64,000 bases of DNA from Mobula hypostoma. Its lineage: Eukaryota. Below, in pieces: positions 51,525 through 64,000 of the stretch. The stretch is taken from positions 44,022,001-44,086,000 of the forward strand of contig NC_086108.1 in the NCBI RefSeq assembly GCF_963921235.1. The letters run 5' to 3'. Under the pieces are notes generated by a model. That model was not told where the DNA came from. It saw only the letters and a list, made by a program, of their open reading frames with translations, and made no database searches. Both the position numbers and the translations under genes were made by a program. Positions within the stretch are counted from its first letter, which is position 1; each line of letters opens with the position of its first letter.

Positions 51525-52661
51525 AGAAGACATAGCTCATCCTGCTCCCAGGATGAGGCTTTCCGTTCCATGACATCTCAGATGTCCTCTTTCTTTAAGG
51601 ATTGTGGTTTCCCTTCTACCATCATCAATGATGCCCTCACCCGCATCTCCTCCATTTCCCGCACTTCGGCCCTCACCCCATCCTCCCGCCACCACAACAG
51701 GGACAGTGTTCCCCTTGTCCTTACCTACCACCCCACCAGCCTCTGGATCCAGCACATTATTCTCCGCAACTTCCGCCACCTTCAACAGGACCCCACCACT
51801 AAGCACATCTTTCCCTCTCCACCCCTTTCCGCTTTCCGCAGGGATCGGTCCCTCCGTGACTCCCTTATCCACACGTCCCTCCCCACGGATCTCCCACCCG
51901 GCACTTATCCCTGTAAGCATAAGTGCTACACCTGTCCCTACACCTCCTCTCTTGCCACAATTCAGGGCCCCAAACAGTCCTTCCAGGTGAGACAACACTT
52001 ACTTGTGAGTCTGTTGGGGTCATCTATTGCATTCGGTGCTCCTGGTGCAGCCTCCTCTACATCGGTGAAACCCGACGCAGATTGGGGGACCGCTTCGTCG
52101 AGCACCTCCGCTCCGTCCGCCACAACAGACAGGATCTCCCAGTAGCCACCCACTTCAACTCTGCTTCCCATTCTGATATGTCCATACGTGGCCTTCTCTA
52201 CTGCCATGATGAGGCTAAACTCAGGTTGGAGGAGCAACACCTCATATACCATCTAGGTAGTCTCCAGCCCCTTGATATGAACATAGAATTCTCCAACTTC
52301 CGGTAATTCCCTCCCCCTCCCTTCCTCTATCCCTATTTCACTCTGCCCCTCCCCCAGCTGCCTATCACCTCCCTCATGGTTCCACCTCCTTCTACCCATT
52401 GTGTTTTCCCCTATTCTTTCTTCACCTTTCCTGCCTATCACCTCCCTGCCTCCCCTCCCCCACCCCTTTATCTTTCCCCTTACTGGTTGTTCACCTGGAA
52501 CCTACCAGCCTTCTCCTTCCCACCCTCCCTCCACTTCTTTATAGGGCTTCTGCCCCTTCCCTCTACAGTACTGACGAAGGGTTCCAGCCCGAAACGTCGA
52601 CTCATCATTTCCACTGATGCTGCCTGACCTGCTGAGTTCCTCCAGCGTGTTGTGAGTGTTG
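51525..52661 (+). mobile_element. Penelope-like element 3' part (best-preserved copy)
   Basis: GIY-YIG endonuclease GVIYCIRCSWCSLLYIGETRRRLGDRFVEH; VPLVLTYHP linker; polypyrimidine 3'UTR; terminal repeat. Confidence 0.92.
52567..52602 (+). ncRNA. Minimal type I hammerhead ribozyme motif (predicted)
   Basis: AGTA-CTGACGA-A-GGGttccagCCC-GAAA-C-GTC^GACT; intact core, one helix I mismatch. Confidence 0.65.
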
Positions 52662-52779
52662 CATAGCTCATTCAGGTTTGCCAACTGAGTACACAAGGCA
52701 TTGATTCGCAGCAGTTTTGAGCAGCAGCAAACCGGCGATTGGAATTGATTGACAAGAACAAGTTAAAATAAGGCAGGGG

Positions 52780-54760
52780 CAAATAGAGCGGCCATTGTTA
52801 TAGTGGGGATTTTGACGCTTTAGCTCTGCTAGGCTTCAGCGAGGAGAGGCTTGAGGTAGTGAAGGTGAAAAAGCTGTAGGTAGACCTTTTCCACCAGTTT
52901 ATTTATTGAGTACCTTTATTATATTTGCACAGTTAGAACAATAAAGATGCCAGGCAGGAGAGTTGAATGCTTCTCTTGCGGGATGTGGGAAGGCAGGGGG
53001 ACTTACAGTGTCCGTGACGACTGCGCCTGCAAGAAGTACACCCAGCTGCAGCTTCTAACACTCTGCAATAAGGAGTTGGAGCTGGAACTGAATGAACTCC
53101 AGATCATTCAGGAGGCTGAGGGGTTGATAGACAGGACATATAGAGAGTCAGTTACACCCAAGGTACAGGACACAGGAAACTGGGTGAGGGTCAGGAGGGG
53201 GAAAGGGATTAAACAGCCAGTGCAATGTAGCATTGTCACCATTCCTTTCAACAATAGGTTGGATACTGCTGGAGATGTGGGGGTGGGGTGAATGACCCTG
53301 CAGAGGAAAGTCACAGTGGTCAGATCTCTAGCACTGAGTCTGGCTCTATGACTTGGAAGCGGGGAGAAGAGGTGAGCTGAAGTGATAGGGGATTTGTTAG
53401 GGGAACAGAAAAGAGGTTCTGTAGACAAAAATGAGATTCCCGGATGGCAGGATCTGGGACATCTCAGATCAAGTCCTTGGCATTCTTAAGTGGGAGGGTG
53501 AGTAGCCAGAGGTGGTGGCCCACGTAGGTACCAATGACATGGGTAGGAAGAGTGACAAGTTCTGCAAAGTGAGTTCAGGGTATTAGGAGCTAAATTAAAG
53601 GGCAAGATCTCCAGGGTTGTGATTTCAGGTTAGGAACTGTGCCATGTGCTAGTGATTGCCAGAAATAAGAAGATAATACAGTTTAATTTGTGGCTAAGGA
53701 GTTGGTGTAGGGGAGAGGGCATCAGATTTTTGGGTCAGTGGGCTCTCTTCTAGGGAAGATGGTACAGAAGAAACGGTCTGCACCTGAACTGGAGAGGGAC
53801 TAATACCCTTGCAGGATATCCTAAACTAGAGTAAGGCCAATGTTTATGGTATCAAAAAGGACTTTCCAAGTGTGGATTGGGACAGGCTGGTTTCTGGCAA
53901 AGCTTATATGTGTCTGTTGGAATAAAAGGTAAAGATAACAGGTTTAGGGAACCTTGGTTTTTAAGAGATACTGAAGCCTTGGTTAAGAAAAAAAAATGGG
54001 AGGAGCATAGCAGGTATAGGCAGGAACTTATGGAGTATAAGAAATGCAAGAGAACACTTAAGAAAGAAATCAGTGGGCTAAAAGAAGGCATGAGGTTACC
54101 CTAGCAGACAAGGTGAAGGAAAATCCTAAGGGATTCTACAGATATGTTAAGAGCAAAAGTATTGCAAAGAACAAAATTGGACCTCTGGAAAATCAGAATG
54201 GTAATCTATACATGGAGCCAAAAGAGATTGGGGAGATCTTAAATGATTTTTTGTTTTGCATTTGTATTTACTCCAGAGACAGACACAGTCTATAAAAATG
54301 AGGCAAAACAGCAGTGAAGTCATGGACCCTATACACATTACAGGCGAGGATATGTTCACTGTCTTGAAGCAAATTATGGTGAATAAATCCCAAGGGCCTG
54401 ACAAGGTGTTCCCTTGGACACTGTGGGAAGGAAGTGCAGAAATTCCAGGGGCCCTAGCAGAGATATTTAAATCATTGTAGTGACAGGGGAGGTACCGGAG
54501 GATTGGAGGATAGCTAGTAATGTTCTGCCGTTTAAGAAAGGCGCTAAAAATAAACCAGGAAATTATAGGCCGGTGAGCCTAACATCAGTAGTGGTAAAGT
54601 TATTGGAAGCTGTTCTGAGGGAGCAGGTATATGAGTATTTGGATAGACATGGACTGATTCAGGATAGCCAGCATGGCTTTGTGCATAGTAGGTCATGTCT
54701 AACCAATCTTACAGAGTTTTTCAAAGAACTTTCAGGAAAGTTGTGAAGGCGAGGCAGTGG
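52780..54760 (+). mobile_element. CR1 LINE 5' part (5'UTR, ORF1, start of RT), continued at 59177-60532
   Basis: ORF1 CxxCGMWE...C..C..LQLL and esterase-like HVGTND; then KENPKGFYRY, PEDWR, GNYRPVSLTS, SCLTNL; breaks at gcagtggat. Confidence 0.88.
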
Positions 54761-54761
54761 A

Positions 54762-57700
54762 TAAGACCATAAGAGCAGAATTAGGTGATTAATCCCATCA
54801 AGTCTGCTCCACCATCCCATCACAGCTGATCTCAAACCCACTCAACCCCGTACACCTGACTTCTCGTCATATCCTTTCATGTGCTGACCAATCAGGAAAC
54901 TATCAACTTACACTTTAAATATATCCATGGACTTGGCCTTCACCACAGTCTGTGGCAGAGTATTCCACAGATTCACTACTCTCTGGCTAAAACAAAGTCC
55001 CTCCTTACCTCTGTTCTAAAAGGTCGCCCTTCAATTTTTAGACTGTGCCCTCTAGTTCTGGACACCCCCAGCATAGAAACATCCTCTTCACATCCTCCTC
55101 ATCTGGTCCTTTTAACATTCACTAGGTTTCAATAAGATCCCCCACATTCTTCTACAAACTTTGTAAATTCCAGTGAGTACAAGCCCAGGGCTTCCAAACT
55201 CTCCTCATATGTTAACTCCTTCATTCCCAGAATCATCCCCGTCAACCTCCTCAGGGCTCTCTCCAATAACAACACATCCTTTCTGAGATATGGGGCCCAA
55301 AACTGTTAACAATACTCCAAGTGCAGCCTGACCAGTGTCTTATAAAGCATCAGCAATATCTCCTAGCTTTTATATTATATTCCATAGAAACTATAGAAAA
55401 ACTACAGCACAGAAACAGGCCTTTTGGCCCTTCTTGGCTGTGCTGAACCATTTTCTGCCTAGTCCCACTGACCTGCACACGGACCATATCCCTCCATACA
55501 CTTCCCATCCATGTATCTGTCCAATTTATTCTTAAATGTTAAAAAAGAACCACCTCGTCTGGCAGCTCATTCCATACTCCCACCACTCTCTGTGTGAAGA
55601 AGCCCCCCCCCAATGTTCCCTTTAAACTTTTCCCCCCTCACCCTTAACCCATGTCCTCTGGTTTTTTTCTCCCCTTGCCTCAGTGGAGAAAGCCTGCTTG
55701 CATTCACTCTATCTATACCCATCATAATTTTATATACCTCTATCAAATCTCCCCTCATTCTTCTACACTCCAGGGAATAAAGTCCTAACCTATTCAACCT
55801 TTCTCTGTAACTGAGTTTCTCAAGTCCCGGCAACATCCTTGCAAACCTTCTCTGCACTCTTTCAACCTTATTTATATCCTTCCTGTAATTTGGTGACCAA
55901 AACTGAACACAATACTCCAGATTCAGCCTCACCAATGCCTTATACAACCTCATCATAACATTCCCGTTGAAATAAATACCAACATTGCATTTTCCTTCTT
56001 TACCACAGACTCAACCTGTAAATTAACCTTCTGGGAGCCTTGCATGGGGACTCCTAAATCCCTCTGCACCTCTGATGTTTGAATTTTAGCTTGTTAAGCA
56101 GCCTTATGTGTGCCTTTTGAAAATCCAAGTAAATGACATCACCTGCCTCTCCTTTGTCCACCTTGCTGATTACATCCTCAAAGAACTCTAACAGATTTGT
56201 CAGGCAAGACTTCCCTTTACAGAAACCATGCTGACTTATTTTATCATTAATCTCCAAGTACCCCAAAACCTCATCCTTAATAATAGACTCCAACACATTC
56301 CTAACTACTAAGGTTAGGCTAACTGGCCAATAATTTCCTTTCTTTTGCCTTCCTCCCTTCTTAAGGAGTGGAGTGACATTTGCAATTTTCCAGTCCTCTG
56401 GGACTATGCCAGAATCAAGTGATTCTTGAAAGATCAGACCAATGCTTCCGATATCTCTTCAGCAACCTCTCTCAGGACTCTGGGATGTAGTCCATCTGGT
56501 CCAGGTGACTTATCCACCATAAGACCTTTGAGTTTGTCTTCCACTTTTTTCCTTTCTAATAGCAATGGCACTCGCTCCTGCTCCCTGACACTCAAGGACC
56601 TCTGGCCCACTGCTAGTGTCTGCTACAGTGAAGACTGATGCAAAGTAGTCATTAAGTTCTTCTGCCATTTCTTTGTCCCCCATTACTATCTCACCAGCAT
56701 CATTTTCAGTGGTCCAATATCAACTCTCACCTCCATTTTACTTTTCATATAACTGGAAAAAACTTTTAGTATCCTGCTTTATATTATGGGCTAATTTGCC
56801 ATCGTAATTTCATCTTTTCCCTTCTTACAGCTTTTTTAGTTGCATTTTACTGGATTTTAAAAGCTTCCCAATCATCCAACTTTCCACTCACTTTTGCTAC
56901 CTTATATGCCTTTTCCTTGGCTTTTATGCAGTCCTTAACTTCCCTTGTCAGCCACGATTGCCTACCCCTGCCATTTGTGGGCTTATTCTTCTGTAAGATA
57001 TATCTATCCTGCACCTGTGAACCATTCCCAGAAACTTCAGCCACCTCTGCTCTATCATCATCCCCACCAGTGTGCTCCTCCAATCCATCTGGGCAAGCTC
57101 CTCTTATACCTCTGTAATTCCCTTTATTCCATTGCTATACTGATACATATGACTTATGCTTCTCCCTCTCAAATTGCAGTATGAATTAATAATATTATGT
57201 TTACTGTCTCCTAAGGGTTCCTTTACATTAAGCTCCCTAATAAGATCTGGGTTATTACACAATGCCAGTTCAAATAGCCTTTCCCTTAGTAGGCTGAAGC
57301 ACAAGCTGCTTTAAAAAGCCATCTCATGGGCATTCAACAAATTCCCTCTCATGTGATCCAACACCAACCTGATTTTCCCAATCCCCATGTATATTGAAGT
57401 ACTGCATTACAATTGTGACATTACCCTTCTTACATACCTTTTCCAGTTCCCTTTGCAATCTCAACCCCACATCTTGGCTACTATTTGGAGGCCTATATAT
57501 GATTCCCATAATGTTTTTTACCTTTGCAGTTTTTTTATCTCCACCCACAAAGATTCAACATTCTCTGACCCTATGTCACCTCTTTTTAATGATATAATTC
57601 TTATCTGTTACCAACAGAGCCACACCACCGCCTATGCCTTCCTGCCTGTCCTTTCAATACAAAGTATATCCTTTGATGTTAAACTCCCAACTATGGCCTT

Positions 57701-59175
57701 CTTTCAGCCATGACTCAGTGATGCCCACAACGTCATACCGACCAATCTCTAATTGCGCCACAAGTTCATCACCTTCTCCTGAATGCTACATGCACATTCA
57801 GTCCTGCATCCTTTCGGATTTTACCTCTGTGATACAATTTAACTCTTTGCTCTCTCTACATTTGTACCCAATCATTGGCTTGTCCTTCCTTACATTCATG
57901 TTATACTCATCATTTACTTGTAAACCTACTGGCTCATTCTCCACTCTATATCATACTGGTTCCCATCCCGCTGTCATATTAGTTTAAACCACTCCCAACA
58001 GCTCTAGTAAACCTGCCGGCAAGAATATTGGTCCCCCTCGGATTCAAGTGCAAACTGTCCTTTTTGTACAGGTCACACCTGCCTCAGAAGAGGTCCCAAT
58101 TATTCAGAAATCTGAATCCCTGCACCCTGCTCCAATTCTTCAGCACACATTTATCTGCCACCTCATTCTATTCTTACTCTCACTGTCACGTGGCACAGGC
58201 AGTAATCCCGAAATTACTACCCTTGAAGTCCTGCTTCTCAGCTTCCTTTCTAACTCCCTGTATTCGGTTTTCAGGACCTCCTCCCTTTTTCTACCTATGT
58301 TGTTGGTACCAATATGTACCACGACTTCTGGTTGCCCACCCTCCCTTTTCATGATATTGTGGACATGTTCAAAAACATCGCAGACCCTGGCACCTGGGAG
58401 GCAAACTACCATCCATAATTCTTTTTCACATCCACAGAATCGCCTCTGTACAGAGTCCCCTATATCACTGCTGCTATTCTCTTCGGTTCCTTACCCTTTT
58501 GAGTCACAGGGCCAGACTCAGTGCCAGAGGCATGGCCACTGTTGCTTCTCCCAGTTAGCTCGTTCCCCCTGACCCCCAACAGTACTCAAAATGGAGTGCT
58601 TATTGTTGAGGGGGATGGCCATCTCAACTCTCTGACATTCTCCCTTTCCTCTCCTGACAGTCACCCACTTATGCGTCTCCTGTAGCCTTGGGGTGACTAC
58701 CTCCCTGCAGCTCCTGACTCTCACCTCTTCACTTTCCCTAACAAGCCAAAGGTCATCGAGCTGCAGCTCCAATTCCTTAACACATTCTCTAAGGAGTTGC
58801 ACCTCGATGCACCTGGTGCAGATGTGGCCATCGGGAAGTCTGGTAGTCTCCTGGAAATCTCACATTTGACACCCAGAACAGAACACTGGCTCTGTAGACG
58901 TACCCCCCCCCCCCACTCTCTCAAGAGCTAAATAAGAAAAAATGAATAATAAATAAGGAATGGACTTACCTACTTACCTTGCCTGTTCTCACTGAAGCCC
59001 TGTTAAGCCAAAGCCTTACCACTCTGATTCAGACCACTTCGATGATGACTGCTCCCACAATGACTGCTCCGCTAGATGGTACACCTCTTTTATGGAGACT
59101 GGGTTTTTAAAGTTCTTCGCCAGACTTGCGCAGGAATGCTTTTACTGTGTCTGCACAGTACTCCAATCAAGGACT
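54762..59175 (-). mobile_element. Near full-length decayed CR1 (5'UTR, ORF1 esterase, EN, RT with deletions)
   Basis: VVCLPGARV...VVVHIGTNNIGR (SGNH esterase ORF1), IIYRPPNS (EN), QHGFCKGKSCLTNLLEFFE (RT), taagacca tail. Confidence 0.9.
55383..55962 (-). mobile_element. Younger CR1 3' end nested in the antisense CR1
   Basis: catagaaactatagaaa tail; 129-aa ORF LYKALVRLNLEYCVQFWSP... Confidence 0.88.
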
Positions 59176-59176
59176 G

Positions 59177-60532
59177 ATGTTGTCTACATGGACTTTAGCA
59201 AGGTATGTGACAAGGTCCTGCATGTTCAGGAAGGTTCAGTTGCTCGGCATTGATGATGAGGTAGTAAATTGGATTAGTCATTGGCTTTGTGGGAGAAACC
59301 AGAGAGTGGTAATAATTAGTTGCCACTCTGACTGGAGGCCTATGTGCTGCAGGGATCAGTGCTGGATCCTTTGTTGGGTGTCATCCAAGTCATTGATCCA
59401 GATGATAATGGGGTTAACTGGATCAGCAAATTTGGGGATGACACCAAGATTGGGACTGTTGTAGATATTAAGGAAGACGATCAGAGCTTGCAGAGGGATC
59501 TGCATCAGCCTGGAAAAATGGACTGAAAAATAGCAGATGGAATTTAATGCAGATAAGTATGAGGTTTTGCACTTCGGTAGAACCAACCAGTGTAGATCTT
59601 ACACAGTGAATGGTAGGGCACTGAGAAGCGCTGTAGAACAAAAAGATCTGGTAAAACAGGTCCATAACTTGTTGAAAGTGGCATCATATGTAGATAGGGT
59701 TGTAAAGAAAGCTTTTGGCACCATGGCTGTCATAAATCAATGAACATGAAATGGATTGTTATTTTGACACTGTATAACACATTGGTGAGGTCTAGTTTGG
59801 AGTACCGTGTGCAGTTTTGGTCACCTACCTACAGGAAAGAAGTAAATAAAGTTGAAAAAGTACAGAGAAAATTTGACAGGCCAGGCAGCATCTATGGAAA
59901 AGAGTAACCAGTCAAGATTTCAGGCCAAGAACCTTCATCAGGACTGGGGCCCAAAACGTCATCTGTACTCTTTTCTATAGATGCTACCTGGTCTGCTGAA
60001 TTCCTACAGCATTTTGTATGTTGCTTTGATTTCCAGTATCTGCAGACTTTCTCTTGTTTGTGACAGAGAAAATATACAAGGATGTTGTCAGGACTGGAGG
60101 ACCTAAGTTATAAGGAAAGATTGACTAGGTTAGGACTTTATTCTTGGAACATAGAAGATTGAGGGGAGATATGATAGAGGTACATAAAATAATGAGGGAT
60201 ATAGATAGTGTAAATGCAAGCAGGCTTTTCCCACTGAGGTTAGGTGGGACTACAACTAGAGGTCATGGGCTAAGGGTGACAGGTGAAAAGTTTAAGTGGA
60301 ACATGAGGGGAAACTTCTTCACTCAGAGGGTTGTGGGAGTGCGGAACAAGCTGCCAGTACAAATGGTGCATGTGAGGTTGATTTCAACATAGGTTGGATA
60401 GGTCCATGGATAGTAGGGATATGGAGGGCTATGGTCCGGGTGCAGGTCAATGGGACTAGGCAGTTTTAATGGTTTGGTATGGACTGGATGGGCCGAATGA
60501 CATGCTTCTGTTCTATACTTTTCTCTGACTCT
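59177..60532 (+). mobile_element. CR1 LINE 3' part (continuation of 52780-54760)
   Basis: Resumes at gatgttgtctacatggacttt (DVVYMDF); QGSVL, KFGDDTK, FFTQRVV motifs. Confidence 0.85.
59878..60061. mobile_element. Inverted PLE terminal-repeat insertion within CR1
   Basis: Arms ccaggcagcatctatggaaaagagta / tactcttttctatagatgctacctgg; flanked by duplicated ACAGAGAAAAT. Confidence 0.8.
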
Positions 60533-63139
60533 ATATGGTGACAGTACAGGAAAATGGAGTTCAGGCGACGATCAGCCTTGATCTGGATGAATGGTAAATC
60601 AGGTTCAAAGGGTGAAAATGGCCTACTACTGCTCCCAGTGGTTAAGTGCTTGTGACTTTCACCTTCTGTGTTTTCTGCTCTACCAACATGTACAGTAAAC
60701 CCCTTCGTGGATGTTTGCAAAGAAAACGAATTTCAGGATGTATATTGTATACATTTCTCTGACATTAAATGTACCTATTGAAACCTATTGACTTCAAAAC
60801 TTGCCTTTCTGGCAATACTTTTATTCATTTTCTTCTGCTCACTATCCACTCCTCTGAAAAATGTGAGGATGTTGCATTACTACAGCATTTATAATACTGT
60901 AAATTGTTGGAGGAAATGAGCACGCTCAGTCTTGTTTGAAACACTAAGTTCTTCAGGCAGAATCACCATTCTAATGTGTGTAGCTTTGGTGCTTCGCCTT
61001 TGCAATCCCTCTGGGGTTTTCTACATTGAACAGAAATATTCACCTTGTTTTTTTTAAACAAAAGCTTACTTAAGTAGAAGAAAAGGGAAGAAGAAAATAT
61101 CCCATGAGACAGGGCTGACACACTGTGATAATTAGTAAGGTCTCTTTACCATGTCAAGGTTATAATTCATCACCTGCATCCAATAGTTTTATTTTTTAAA
61201 ATTCATATCTGGTTGTAATTATGCATCTTGTTGCATTTAAATCATTTATCCTTATATAAATGCACTGGAACTTTTATTTTTGAACAAAGGATGATTAATG
61301 TGTCAATGTTGAGAATCCTGTATCCTCACCTCGACGACATCAGCTTGGGTTGGAATTAATTAGTATTAAATGGAGGAACTTCGATCTGAAATGCAACATA
61401 CTGACTATTACACAATAACGTCATTCTGCAGGAAATGCATTTGTTCTCTGTAAGTGTCATCAAAGAATCAGGATGCACCCAGGCAAAGCTTTCAAGCAAA
61501 ACATTTGGTTTTTCATCTATTTTTCAGACAGTTTAACTGTCAGGAAGTTCTCCACGTCTAGTCTAAAAGGTGTGAAATAAACATACAATAGTAAAGGATA
61601 AGTGTTGAACAATAGCTGAGAAAATTAAGTTCTTGCAATCTGTGTAATTGGCATTACAGAAATAATTTTAATATTAATAAAAATACAGAAAAATCACAGA
61701 AAGAAAGCATCCAATGTCAGAGAATGGTGTCTGCACAGAAACATTACTGCTTTAGTGAGTCTTGCTGAAGTTTACTGCAGGAGTAATTTATAGGACCAAA
61801 TCCGCCCATTACAGTAGAGACCATAATCTCCAGGAAACAAATCATTTGGCAGGAAGAGAAAGAATGTGCACAACTCAGCAAAAACCATCTAGGATATCAC
61901 CATAAAGCAAAGTAAACTTGAAGCTGATGGATATCTGTACGGTTGCTGAAAATGAAAAAGAAACAGAGTTATAATGTTCTACAACAGAGAACGAAGCCCT
62001 TCAGCCCACCACAAACCATGCTGATTATTAAACACCCATCAGTACTATTCCCACATACCAGCAGAGCCTTCTATAACCGGGAAATTCAAGTGCTTATCCA
62101 GCTTCCTCTTAAATGTGAAGACATTTAAAAACGTGTGCTTCAGATTTCAACCATTCTAAGTGAAAGGAATCCTTCGTACCGTAAGTATATGTCACTTTGT
62201 AGACACTTCTGCTACAGGGGGAATGTTTCTTAAGTCTACCTTATCCATGTTCCTCAATTTTGTATATACCTGGTTCAGGTGTCCCTTCAGCTCCTTGGCT
62301 CCTAAGAATACAAATCTAACCTATCCAATAACTGAAACATTCCATCCTAGGCAAAATCCTCGTAAATCTCCCGTAGATCTTCTGCAGTGCAAGCAATGTA
62401 TGATAATATACAGTGACTGATGATAAATACTGATCAAGATGGCACACACAAAGTGGAATTTAAAACATTAATGTTTAAATTGGGGCATTCAAGTCACAGT
62501 AAGAGATCAAATATACTGCTGAGTCACTTAATTTTAGTCTACCTCAGTTTTGAGAAGCTGGACATACCAAAACAGGACACAGGTAGCAATAAGTGGTAGG
62601 CCTCAAACCCCAAAAGTTTCAAACCATGTGAACAGGGTAAACAACTTTAGTTGTAAACAACTGAAAGATTGAAGACAGGATTTATGAGTAGCCTAGTTTA
62701 TGTTTAAAGTGTTACCTAAAAAAGCCAGTAATGGTACATATAAAATGACTGATATATTTACGTGGTTGACAGCATCATTTATTAGAAACCATTTTTAAAG
62801 CCTTAGTAGTCTTACAGGTATAATCAATGTCTGGGATCTTGATCCAACCAGCAGCTGTCATAGATTTTAAAGAAGTCCACTGTTTTATTGATTAAAAATT
62901 CTCTTGCCAAATGTATTTAAATAACTTAGCATAGTCTTCTTCCATTCTTTTCCCCCATCTTACCTCCACTGCCCTTAACTAATTGCATCTATTTGATTCT
63001 TTACAAAATAATCAACTATCTCCTCGTGAAAATCTGTCCAAACATTTTACATTATAAAATAAAAAAAAGTTCTGTTACTCTCCAGTGCCTGCCTCTCCCT
63101 GTAACCTTTGACGCTACAGTATTACTAGTCGAGAAACTA

Positions 63140-63425
63140 TAAACCTCCACTTTATATATACTCAATGACTTGGCCTCCACAGACATCTGTGGGAATGAAT
63201 TCCGCAGATTCACTATCTTCTGGCCAAAGAAATTCCAATTTATCTCTGTTCTAAAGGAACATCCTTCTAATGCTGTGCCCCCTGGTCATAGACACTCCCA
63301 CCATTGGAAACATCCTCTGCACATCCACTCTATCTAGGCCATTCAATATTTGGTAAATTTCAATGAAATACCCCCCATCCCATTCATATAAACTCCAGTG
63401 AGTACAGGCCCAGAGCCATCAAACA
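63140..63425 (-). mobile_element. CR1 3' fragment
   Basis: ttggcctccacag...gaattccgcagattcactat...ggaaacatcctc, antisense of the CR1 ORF2 end. Confidence 0.75.
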
Positions 63426-63436
63426 CTTTTCACCTG

Positions 63437-64000
63437 GACTATACATTTTCCCACTTTGTCAGTTGTAAAAATGCCATCCCCCTCTTTCAATTCCTCAGTC
63501 TCCACCACATCTCCTCTCAGGATGAGGCTTTTTCATTCCAGAACTAATGAAATGTCCTCCTTCTTCAAAGAAAGGGTCTTTCCTTCCTCCACCATCAACG
63601 CTGCTCTCACCTGCATCTCCTCCATTTCGCACATGTCTGCCCTCACCCCATTCACCTGCCACCCCACCAGGGTTCCTCTTGTCCTCACCTACCACCCCAC
63701 CAGCCTCCGCATCCAGCACATAATTCTCCGTAACTTCCACCATCTCCAGCAAGGTCCCATCACCAAGCACATCATTCCTTCTCCCTACTCTCCACAGGGA
63801 TTGCTCCCTATCGGACTGACTCCCTTGTCCATTCATCCCTACCCACAAATATTCCTCCTGGTACTTATCCTTGCAAGCGAAATAAGTGCTACACCTGCCC
63901 CTATACCTCCTTCCTCACTACCATTCAGGGCCCTAAACAGTCCTTCCAGGTGAGTGACACTTCACCTGTGAGTCTGTTGGGGTCATCTACTGTATCTAGT
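63437..64000 (+). mobile_element. Penelope-like element, runs off the window end
   Basis: EMSSFFKERVFPSSTINAALT...VPLVLTYHPTSLRIQHIILRNF; collinear with 51540-52030. Confidence 0.9.

Noticed and set aside
51604..52696. Pro/Ser-rich and Gly-rich ORFs
   Set aside because: Alternative-frame or antisense readings of the C-rich PLE sequence
60889..61020. Minus-strand terminal coding exon KTPEGLQRRSTK...FTVL*
   Set aside because: No recognisable homology, and the nearest candidate upstream exon is closed in all frames

Overview
Repeat-dense vertebrate genomic DNA. The mix of CR1 LINEs, Rex1/Babar LINEs, Penelope-like elements (PLEs) and HE1/V-type SINEs suggests a cartilaginous fish, probably a ray (inference). 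The only host gene I can support is the 3' half of an aldo-keto reductase (AKR) on the + strand: internal exons 8907-8998, 23137-23319 and 30440-30499, then TWO homologous, in-frame, stop-containing terminal exons (38167-38262 and 47923-48027) that would give different C-termini. Most long ORFs in the track are decayed transposable elements. Notable ones: a near-complete Sleeping Beauty-like Tc1 (38849-40313, horizontal-transfer candidate), a Buster-type hAT nested in a Rex1 nested in a Tigger-like element, a solo LTR with a 5-bp TSD, and several PLE-derived repeats carrying minimal hammerhead-ribozyme motifs, including a 134-bp stand-alone insertion with its own TSD. Exon, TIR and TSD coordinates were counted by hand; other TE boundaries are approximate (tens of bp). 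Family names come from recalled motifs, not database searches.
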